The notes beneath the pieces are model-generated. The model did no database searches. It saw nothing but the letters and a program-made list of their open reading frames with translations, and was not told the DNA's origin. The translations under genes were made by a program, and so were the position numbers. Shown here one piece after another: positions 9,314 through 17,330 of a stretch of DNA of 34,995 nt (positions within the stretch are counted from its first letter, which is position 1; every line of letters starts with the position of its first letter). Source of the stretch: Candidatus Heimdallarchaeota archaeon (lineage in GTDB: Archaea > Asgardarchaeota > Wukongarchaeia > Wukongarchaeales > JBHIFL01); NCBI GenBank assembly GCA_046761065.1, contig JBHIFL010000047.1, positions 1 to 34,995 of the forward strand, read 5' to 3'.

Positions 9314-10753
9314 TTAGAAGAGTGTTCGCCCAAGAAAGTGACTTAAAATATATTCTTCTTCTGATAAAGCTCGCTCAATATTGTCTTCTGCTTGGAGAGG
9401 AAGAGATGTTCCATTTATTACTAAGGTGTTAATTATTTTTATATCCTGAAAACCCACCACCAGACCCGCTTCTTCGGTATAGGTAAGTTGAAAGTTAGCA
9501 GACAATCTTCCCATGAGTCGTGTTCCTTGCTTAACTCTGTATTGCCTTCCACTTCTCTGGTCAACAGCGGTTCTGGGACTTCCTATACGAATTAAAAGGA
9601 TATTTTTTCCACGACTCCTTAATTCTTCAAAACGTGGAGTGCTTGCTCGGATTTTTAAATCTTCTTTTTGCCAAATCTCAGGTTCTACGTTGGAAAGGTG
9701 GCTTGTTAATTCCAAATTCAAGGCTTCTCGATGGGGTTGTGTTCGCTCAAGCATTTTTAGAATGCTTTCATGTGCAGAAACTTGTTGTCCATTCTTGATA
9801 AATGTAGCATCTAGTCCCCATCGAATGGCTCGTTGTTTGTTCTCTGCATGATAAGGATCAGACCGAATCGCTTTGGTGGCTTTTAAATCCAATGCTTCCA
9901 ATGTAAGGCCACAAATTATGTAAGTAAGATCCAATAATGCTTCGATTCGTGGCTGAACATCAAAAATTCGTGTTTCAATTCGGTTCCGTATAGGAGATTC
10001 ATCTTGATCTTGATCAATATTTGTTGATGGTCCACGCGGAGTGATATCTACAAGGCGATTACCGGCAGAATTGGTTATTATGCGGCGTTTATCTGTTGAG
10101 GTACTAATCCGGAAGGAATAGCGCAATCTACCATAATACCTTGCCTGAACAAGTTGCGGCCTGTCTTCAGGAATCTCCAATCTGCCAAGGGGGTTTGTTT
10201 CTAGAACACTACTATTGGCGATTCGGTTGCTTGCAATATTGTTCCGAGTTCCTCTATATATTGGAGAATTCGCTGATAATGCGATAAGTTCAGGAAGATG
10301 ATTCCAGAGGTGATTATATACTATTAACATCTCTTCTGGGGTCATAAAGGTATTTCCCCCCCCTTTTCGCGCCGATACATTGATATGTACACCTACTAGA
10401 GGATTTGGATCGCTTTGAATCGGGTGGATACTATGTGCTAGAACTTTACCCCCTAACTCGTGAACTGCATCAATAAGGAGCCTTCGACCTTCGCTAACAC
10501 ATTCCTTCAACATTTCGAGCTCTACTGGAAGGGTGACGTATTCTATTTGGGTTCTTGAGGGTTCAGGATCAAGGGCTCGTATTTTAAGACGTAAAGAGCG
10601 TAAACGATTTGTATCTCTACTTAAAATTACTGCAGCTTGCCTCATTACGTCGTCTGCTAGTGGTGCAAGTGTACCTTCTTTAGAAAGAAGAAGAAATTCT
10701 TCTTCGATTCCACAAAGTAAAGTATATTTATTACATAGATCAGTTAAATCCAA
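9314..10753 (-). CDS. Glutamate--cysteine ligase family 2 (GCS2/YbdK-like) carboxylate-amine ligase with extra C-terminal domain
   Basis: GIEEEFLL, QIEYVT, GVHINVS, LIALSANSPIY, DITPR, RIETRIFD, ENKQRAIRWG. TTG start preceded by GGAGGAG. Confidence 0.88.
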   Translation of the reverse strand: MDLTDLCNKYTLLCGIEEEFLLLSKEGTLAPLADDVMRQAAVILSRDTNRLRSLRLKIRALDPEPSRTQIEYVTLPVELEMLKECVSEGRRLLIDAVHELGGKVLAHSIHPIQSDPNPLVGVHINVSARKGGGNTFMTPEEMLIVYNHLWNHLPELIALSANSPIYRGTRNNIASNRIANSSVLETNPLGRLEIPEDRPQLVQARYYGRLRYSFRISTSTDKRRIITNSAGNRLVDITPRGPSTNIDQDQDESPIRNRIETRIFDVQPRIEALLDLTYIICGLTLEALDLKATKAIRSDPYHAENKQRAIRWGLDATFIKNGQQVSAHESILKMLERTQPHREALNLELTSHLSNVEPEIWQKEDLKIRASTPRFEELRSRGKNILLIRIGSPRTAVDQRSGRQYRVKQGTRLMGRLSANFQLTYTEEAGLVVGFQDIKIINTLVINGTSLPLQAEDNIERALSEEEYILSHFLGRTLF

Positions 10754-10893
10754 TCTATTCTCCTCCAGATTTTATAAACGAGGAACTACCGAAAATTTTG
10801 TGTTGTCTTAGATCCCCAAAAATTTTAAGTCATATTATAAAAGAAACTAAATAGCATTCTGTATATAATCTTTCGTTTGGGTGGGATGGTTCT

Positions 10894-11814
10894 GTGTCCA
10901 ATTTCAAAAAAAAACTTGAATTCGCAAGTAAAGCAACAGATGACACAATAAAAGGGTTCATTTACCAATTAGGAAGTATTAATGTTGTTCTTACAGCTCC
11001 ACATGCTCAAGGACCATCTTCAGACCTCTTTACGGGAGAAATAGCTTATAGGGTTGGAGTAAAGACAAGAGCTCATGTCTTCATTTCAACATTGTCTCGT
11101 CAGATGTTAGATTTAAACCTCCCTTCAAAGTTGGCCCAGATATCACCATTTAGGTTGGAACTTGAAAAACTCATTCAAAAGCTTACAAAGAAACATAGTG
11201 ACATTCTAATTATTGATTTACACGGAATGGAAAAGAAAAATGGGCCAGATATTTATTTAGGAACTTTAGCAGGTAAAACAAGTAGAATTGAAGTAATAAA
11301 CCTCATAATTGAAGCATTAGAAAAAGAGGGATTCGAAACTTGGCTAGCAGAATACTTTGAACCTTCATTAATTGGAGGAGACATCATCGCGTCTATTAGT
11401 AACCTTGGAGAAAATATCGATGCTGTACAGATGGAAATAAATCAAATGCATAGGAACCTTGGGGGTAAAAAGATAATACCTGCCCTTGTAGAGGTAATTA
11501 CACAATGGAATAAGAAATATGGGCCTGTTTGGGGCACCGCCTCAATCCTGAGAAGAATAAGGGGGGTAAAATTTCCAATAAAAAGCAAAAAGAGCCTTAT
11601 TAAATATCTTGGAGGGAGAGGTATGGAGATCCATTGGGCCAAAGGAAAACGACGAAAAGTCAGAGATATTATTGATCCTATTGAAGATAAATGGTTTCCA
11701 TTATATAACTCAAAAGAACTAATACATATTATCAAAAATCAAGTTACCCAGAAAAATACAGATTTCATCAATCAAGTTTTTGGAAAAGATGAAGAATTCA
11801 AAAGACTTTACTGA
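10894..11814 (+). CDS. N-formylglutamate amidohydrolase-like (Zn peptidase fold) fused to a C-terminal MTH865/DUF2795-like helical domain
   Basis: VVLTAPH, DLN, IIDLHG, IYLGT, GGDI, AVQMEIN. C-terminus IRGVKFPIKSKKSLIKYLG...FPLYNSKELI. Confidence 0.75.
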   Translation: MSNFKKKLEFASKATDDTIKGFIYQLGSINVVLTAPHAQGPSSDLFTGEIAYRVGVKTRAHVFISTLSRQMLDLNLPSKLAQISPFRLELEKLIQKLTKKHSDILIIDLHGMEKKNGPDIYLGTLAGKTSRIEVINLIIEALEKEGFETWLAEYFEPSLIGGDIIASISNLGENIDAVQMEINQMHRNLGGKKIIPALVEVITQWNKKYGPVWGTASILRRIRGVKFPIKSKKSLIKYLGGRGMEIHWAKGKRRKVRDIIDPIEDKWFPLYNSKELIHIIKNQVTQKNTDFINQVFGKDEEFKRLY

Positions 11815-11836
11815 CTGTTAATGTATAAAGTTCAAT

Positions 11837-12568
11837 ATGGAGTCTGTAATTATAAGAGAAAAAGAAAAATTGAATCTTGAAGGAAAACCAGTGATTCAAG
11901 CTTTTACTGGCTCAGGCATGGTCGCATCGATTGCGTCCTATCACCTGATTGATGAATTGAATCTTAAGGAAAAAGGTTACATTCAAGTAAAGAGAATTCC
12001 TACGCTAACTACTGTCAAAAATGGAGTGATTCAACAACCTATTCGTCTGTATGAGTCAACTGACCTGGGATTGGTACTTTGTGATATCACCATCCCTCAA
12101 GAAGCCCTTGGAGAGGTCATTGAAAAACTTATGGGTTGGTACCAGTCCAAAAACCCTTCTATAGTTGTTATTATTGGGGGACTACCAACAAATAGGAGAG
12201 GAAGGGGAGGTCCCGCTGAATATTATTGCATATTCAATGAAGAAGCGATTCGGGAGCGGATAGAGAAGAAAAATCTTAACTTTATGCCTAAAGGTGCTGT
12301 CTACGGCTCAATTGCGCTTTCCCTCCTTGAAGCAACTAACCATGGTATACAATGTCTTGCTATCCTAGGTGAGTGCATTGCAACAGTACCTGATTATTCA
12401 GCAACTTTAACGGTTCTTAATGCGCTCAATAAAGTGTTAGACCTTAAAATGTCTACAGATAAGCTAAATAAAAGCGCATCTCAGTTAGATGAAAAGTTAA
12501 TATCGCAATTAATGGAATTAGAGGAGGAATCAAAGAGGAAAAGCGACACTGATACCCAATACATATAA
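11837..12568 (+). CDS. PAC2-family proteasome assembly chaperone (PbaA/PbaB-like)
   Basis: IQAFTGSGMVASIASYHLIDELNL (cf. GFPGxGxVGxIAxxHLI), QPIRLY, VIIGG, PD..A. Acidic tail ends in QYI. Confidence 0.85.
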   Translation: MESVIIREKEKLNLEGKPVIQAFTGSGMVASIASYHLIDELNLKEKGYIQVKRIPTLTTVKNGVIQQPIRLYESTDLGLVLCDITIPQEALGEVIEKLMGWYQSKNPSIVVIIGGLPTNRRGRGGPAEYYCIFNEEAIRERIEKKNLNFMPKGAVYGSIALSLLEATNHGIQCLAILGECIATVPDYSATLTVLNALNKVLDLKMSTDKLNKSASQLDEKLISQLMELEEESKRKSDTDTQYI

Positions 12569-13060
12569 AATAGATCCAATCAAGTGAATTAGCGTAAAAA
12601 ATCTACAATGGAAACCTTGTGAATTAACACCAAAGAAATGTGAATTATTAGAAGAAATAAGCTATATAAATAAGGGTGGTTTATCTTATTTAGCTACATT
12701 GAATGCAAGTGTCAACTTTAATGCCCTTTCACTTATATGAATAGGCAGAAAATGAGTATGTAATTCGGAATAAAGAATAATTATGGAAAGGAACAGTGGT
12801 GGGAGGAACATAGAGAAGGGGTGGTGAGCGATGAAAGAAGTTTGTAGGAGGAGGCGGTTTGTTCGTATATGATGTAGAAATTATGCGAAACAAAATTTAG
12901 GAATTTGACCCAACTTTTTAATTGATGGTTCTGACAGAGTAAGGGGTCGAAGCTGGCAATTCGCAAACAATTCTATGAACAAACCGAATATCCTTCAGAA
13001 CGGACTGGCGAACAATTCCTCATTGGCTTATCCAAAACGCGGGATTTCACGGCACGGTAC

Positions 13061-16000
13061 ATGTTTCAACTGTTCTTGTCTCGAAAAGGAGTTGAAACCC
13101 ACTGGGGCGTGATAAAACGCTCGTTAATCCACAAACCAAAGTTGGAATCGTATGCTAACGCTCTGTTGGGCAACATCACGTCAGATTATCATCTGTCGAT
13201 GAACTGTTTTAGAACTATTAAGGCTCCGACTCAGTGGGTGCTGGCCTCGCTGGATACACTTGCCTTTGAACTAAAGCCGTCTGTTTCCCTCTATGAGCCC
13301 CAAGCCACCAACCGTCAGTACCCGGTGCAAGTAGTTGAAATATTACAAAAAGGAAAACACCTCATGGAGCTAGTGCAAGCAATCGTCCAAAAGAGCCAGC
13401 CGCCCCTCTATCCTTTGGCAGTACAGATCCTATTTCAACCCACTCGTCCGGGTTCCACTCGCCTACGGAAAAAGAAACGGCGTGGAGGGGAGACATGGAC
13501 GGAAGATTACCATTTGATCACTAAACAAGAAGTGCAAATTGCAGAACATCAGCGAGGGAAGATATATGGGTATTATAAGGTGACAGTCCGCATTCTTACG
13601 CCTAAACGCGCGAAACATCTACTGGCGGTAGTGAACAAGGAATTTTCGTTTAAACAGGTCGGCGCCCGAAAAACCATTGATCACTTCAATAACCAGACAT
13701 TTGGTAAGAAAGTTAGTATGTCTTCGCTTACACTCAACCGACTGTTAAACGTCCCTACAGGGGATATTTTCAGTCGGGAGGTATTAAAAGCACCAACAGT
13801 TTCTTATAGTCGTGGAAGGACTATCCGAACTCACCCGTATCCCGCTGAAGGGTACTTGTTGGGATATGACGAAGATCAGCAGGAGATCTACCTCACCGAT
13901 GCTGAGTTGCGCTCCCACATCCTTATCACTGGAATCACTGGTCATCGGAAAAGTAGCACTGTTCGAGCATTCATCCCTGAACTCACCCGGAATTGGCAAA
14001 ATCGGGTATTAATCATAGATACAGCTGGAGAATATACTGATCTAATCCAAGAGGGCTTTATCTTGCTCCGTCCAGGGTCTAAGGAGTTTCCGATTGGGAT
14101 CAATTTCCTTGATTGGTGTGAAACGCTCGGTCTCGACGAACAAATCATCTTGGGATGGGTGATGAAGATCCTTCGAACTTTCATTCGTGGGGAAGGAGAA
14201 CTCACCCCCAAGATGAGAGGGATGCTTCAGCAAGCCGTCCGGCGAGTGTTACGAAGGGGTGGGACGCTCCTTGAACTACTCAGTAGTTTAGAATTATTGT
14301 GGAAAGACTTGGGACAAGCTAAATCTCAACTCAAGCTGAGGCGCGATCAAGGTGAAAAGTTGAACCGGGAGGAGCATCGTCTTATAGATGAGTATGACCA
14401 CTATGGACTCACCGTTGAAGCACTCCTGAACCGTCTCATAGATCTGTATCAAAGTTCCTTGCGACAGGTGTTCTATGTTGAACAAACCACCCTCACCCCG
14501 AAGGATCTCTTGACTCATAACATTATTATCGACCTGAAGATCCTTCAGGAACAGGAGACCCCACGAGAACTCCTTCAAGTGTTCCTCGAGTTTTTTTTGC
14601 TGTTTCTCTTCCAAGGGGCAATCCGTCGCAAAAAGGGGCAGTATACCAAGCGTAACATCATTATTATTGAGGAAGCACAACTCCTCGCCCCGGAAGTTTT
14701 CAACAAACCGACAGCGATTGATGGAACCACGTCAGAAACGTTCTTGGGGGCTCTCGGAGGCTTTGGGATGTCATTGGTCTTTATTGCAGCCCAACCCCAA
14801 CTTCTGTCAAAAGTTATACTTGCAGGGTGTCATACCAAGCTGATATTTGGTACTACTCCAGGACCGGGGAGTGAACGGGTTGCTGCATTGGTGGACGCAG
14901 ATTTATGGGAATTGGCTCGTTTAGACCCAGGTGAAGCATTTTTGACCACCAAAGGTCGTGATACAATTAAAATCCGAACGCAATCAAAACCGATCATCTC
15001 TATGGAGGAACAAGCGCGACTGGAGACCTGGCTCCGGAAGAACCCTCCTCCGCTTCTTGAAAAATCGTTACGAACTTTCCAAGTGATCGCACAAGAGCCG
15101 CGAAGCAGTTATAGTGAAACGATGGATCTTATCGAACGAACAATCGACACCCCTAGGCGCCTTGAAAGTGGAAATCTGACCAAAGGAGCTGGGACACTTT
15201 CGGTTCCTTCTAAACAAAATAAGCTAGAGATTATACAGGCACAGCCACTGCAAGAGCGAGATATCATAAATGCGGGAAATCATATGAAGTGTTGGTTTTT
15301 TGACGAATGTGGGGTTTGTATGAAGAGTATTACAATCCTGAGCGACGCAACTATTTTGGCAAAACAGTATTGGAAGAAAAAAACAAAAGTTGAACTTCAC
15401 ACAAGACTTAATCACTATTCTACATATCCGCAAATTGTATACAAGGAGATTCTGGAACTTGCACAGCAAAAAAAAGTCCCTGCTCCCGAATTGACTGCTT
15501 TTTGTGCCCATCAAATAATTCTCAAGCGTTGTAAAGCTGATCCAGTAATTTCTGAGCGTTGTAAAGTGTTCTTTAGCAAAGAGCCCCGTGAAATTGCTCA
15601 TATTTTCGTAGATGATGAGATACGGGAAATTCTTAACTTAAGGCATTTTTATGATGCACCAACGACGTTCTCGCATAAAGATGAGTTTTGCCTTGTGTGC
15701 CCTTTGGATCGATCGTTGCGGAACGATTTTTGCCATAAATATCGAAAGAGTGCCCTAGACCTCTTGAAAGATCCAGTTCAAACCCGGGAATTAAAAGCCG
15801 CCTATCAATTAGGATTTGACTTCTTCCTTTCTCGCCTCTTTGAAATTTCTAAAAACCCTAGCTTTGCATTCTGTCTCGGAACGATTATTTTGAGGGGCGT
15901 CCATATTACGGTAAACCAAAAACGCATCCTTAAAGAGAAAATGGAAACGTTTCTTATCTCTTGGGAACAAACCCGCCCTTCAGGGGAAGCAAGGCTTTAC

Positions 16001-16297
16001 AAAGCTGCGGAGGAAGTCCGACAGATCATTGCAGAGGATATGTTGGAAATTGATGCGAAGAGCTTGTCCTTGAAGCAAGCTAACCAGCTTGCCAATATGA
16101 TAAATGGAGGAAAGGTTTGGGAAAATGCAAAGAAAATTTTAAATGCTGCGGTGATCTTAAACGAGCACGGGGAAATTCCTGACAGTTTTAATGTTGCTGC
16201 TCTGCCGAATATGCTAGGAGAGCTGTATCGGTGGCCTTGGTGGCTCACACCTTCTCAAAAGGAGCACTATCTCACATTTCTAAGAAATGATACATAA
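13061..16297 (+). CDS. HerA/VirB4/FtsK-superfamily (DUF87-like) ATPase homologue with degenerate catalytic motifs and Cys-rich C-terminal region
   Basis: LLGYD...HILITGITGHRKS (Walker A-like), VLIIDTAGEY, IIIIEEAQ (Walker B), GMSLVFIAAQP, LDPGEAFL. Frame is open upstream to 12935, so the start may be earlier. Confidence 0.8.
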   Translation: MFQLFLSRKGVETHWGVIKRSLIHKPKLESYANALLGNITSDYHLSMNCFRTIKAPTQWVLASLDTLAFELKPSVSLYEPQATNRQYPVQVVEILQKGKHLMELVQAIVQKSQPPLYPLAVQILFQPTRPGSTRLRKKKRRGGETWTEDYHLITKQEVQIAEHQRGKIYGYYKVTVRILTPKRAKHLLAVVNKEFSFKQVGARKTIDHFNNQTFGKKVSMSSLTLNRLLNVPTGDIFSREVLKAPTVSYSRGRTIRTHPYPAEGYLLGYDEDQQEIYLTDAELRSHILITGITGHRKSSTVRAFIPELTRNWQNRVLIIDTAGEYTDLIQEGFILLRPGSKEFPIGINFLDWCETLGLDEQIILGWVMKILRTFIRGEGELTPKMRGMLQQAVRRVLRRGGTLLELLSSLELLWKDLGQAKSQLKLRRDQGEKLNREEHRLIDEYDHYGLTVEALLNRLIDLYQSSLRQVFYVEQTTLTPKDLLTHNIIIDLKILQEQETPRELLQVFLEFFLLFLFQGAIRRKKGQYTKRNIIIIEEAQLLAPEVFNKPTAIDGTTSETFLGALGGFGMSLVFIAAQPQLLSKVILAGCHTKLIFGTTPGPGSERVAALVDADLWELARLDPGEAFLTTKGRDTIKIRTQSKPIISMEEQARLETWLRKNPPPLLEKSLRTFQVIAQEPRSSYSETMDLIERTIDTPRRLESGNLTKGAGTLSVPSKQNKLEIIQAQPLQERDIINAGNHMKCWFFDECGVCMKSITILSDATILAKQYWKKKTKVELHTRLNHYSTYPQIVYKEILELAQQKKVPAPELTAFCAHQIILKRCKADPVISERCKVFFSKEPREIAHIFVDDEIREILNLRHFYDAPTTFSHKDEFCLVCPLDRSLRNDFCHKYRKSALDLLKDPVQTRELKAAYQLGFDFFLSRLFEISKNPSFAFCLGTIILRGVHITVNQKRILKEKMETFLISWEQTRPSGEARLYKAAEEVRQIIAEDMLEIDAKSLSLKQANQLANMINGGKVWENAKKILNAAVILNEHGEIPDSFNVAALPNMLGELYRWPWWLTPSQKEHYLTFLRNDT

Positions 16298-16299
16298 TC

Positions 16300-16333
16300 C
16301 CCTTCCCTCCGTTTTTAGGAGGGACGGGTTTTT
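16300..16333 (+). terminator. Hairpin plus T-run immediately after the HerA-like gene
   Basis: CCC-T-TCCCTCC / GGAGGGA-C-GGG stem followed by TTTTT. Confidence 0.5.
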
Positions 16334-16538
16334 CACGCCTGCGTCTTGCGGCGTCTTGGATTGTGTAGTACATGAAGGGCGTATTTTGTCGGCGACTTTT
16401 CAATAGAGCGGTAAAGGCCAGGGGCCAAGATAGACCCTGCTCGAGGAGGGGTGCAGAGTGAAGAGAGGGCTAGGAGAGCCCGCGGCCGACCAAAAAAAGA
16501 ATGTCAAAAATCTGAAGTATCAAAATAAAATTTTATTT

Positions 16539-16820
16539 TTAGTCGGTTATTGTTTCCAAAACTGAAACTGCTTGCCATATTTTTGTTCGAGCATGCAGAG
16601 GACAGTTAGGATCTTGACTTGCCTCATCCAACCCACTTATCGCGTTACTAGCTCTCACCGCTGCTGTTACCTTTCCAGATTCCAGTTCTTCTATCGCCTT
16701 CTTAGCAGCACGTCTAATGTTTTTCGGAACGGCTTGATCTTCAGCAATCATACGCAAGATATTTTTAGCTTGTTCCATTTTTTTTGTTGTTTCGTCAGTC
16801 ATCACCATATTCCTCCACAC
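16539..16820 (-). CDS. UPF0147 family protein
   Basis: IAEDQAVPKNIRRAA, RASNAISGLDEASQDPNCPLHARTKIW. True start may be a downstream Met. Confidence 0.92.
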   Translation of the reverse strand: MWRNMVMTDETTKKMEQAKNILRMIAEDQAVPKNIRRAAKKAIEELESGKVTAAVRASNAISGLDEASQDPNCPLHARTKIWQAVSVLETITD

Positions 16821-16949
16821 GACTGTTACGAAGAAAAAAAACTATGTGTACCCTCCAGCTATATTATTAGTAAAATAAATTTTACTTTCAATACTTCAAT
16901 AAGAAGTTTGTTAAACTTCAATGATAGTTTGAACTGGAGTATGTTTTAA

Positions 16950-17309
16950 ATGGGACAAAAAGGCGAAGATAAAATACGACACATGGCAGATTTATTAAAA
17001 CGTGGTGCAACACTACTAAGTGAAACCTGTCCAGAATGCAAAACCCTCTTGTTTCGTGAAGGAGACCGGATTTTCTGTCCAAATTGTGACCGGCGCGTGG
17101 TTATAGTAAAGGATCAAGAAGAAATTGCAAAAATCTATCAAGAAAGTACTATTTCAGATGTTTTCAATGCATTATTCTCCAAATTAAGAGAAATTATTCC
17201 TGAAATAACAAAAGACAAGGAACATCAACGAATGGAGCTTCTCACATATTTGAAAGAACTTCTCGATTGTATGCAACTCTTGACCAAATTATCGGATAAA
17301 AGAGAATAA
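16950..17309 (+). CDS. UPF0148 / Sjogren's syndrome-scleroderma autoantigen 1 (Auto_anti-p27) Zn-ribbon protein
   Basis: MADLLKRGATLLSETCPECKTLLF...IFCPNC. Confidence 0.9.
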   Translation: MGQKGEDKIRHMADLLKRGATLLSETCPECKTLLFREGDRIFCPNCDRRVVIVKDQEEIAKIYQESTISDVFNALFSKLREIIPEITKDKEHQRMELLTYLKELLDCMQLLTKLSDKRE

Positions 17310-17330
17310 ATTTATTTCAATTGTTAATGC

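Noticed and set aside
12600-12930. Pup-like small tag gene downstream of PAC2
   Set aside because: The purine-rich stretch gives only short frames with no good start and no GGE/GGQ ending.
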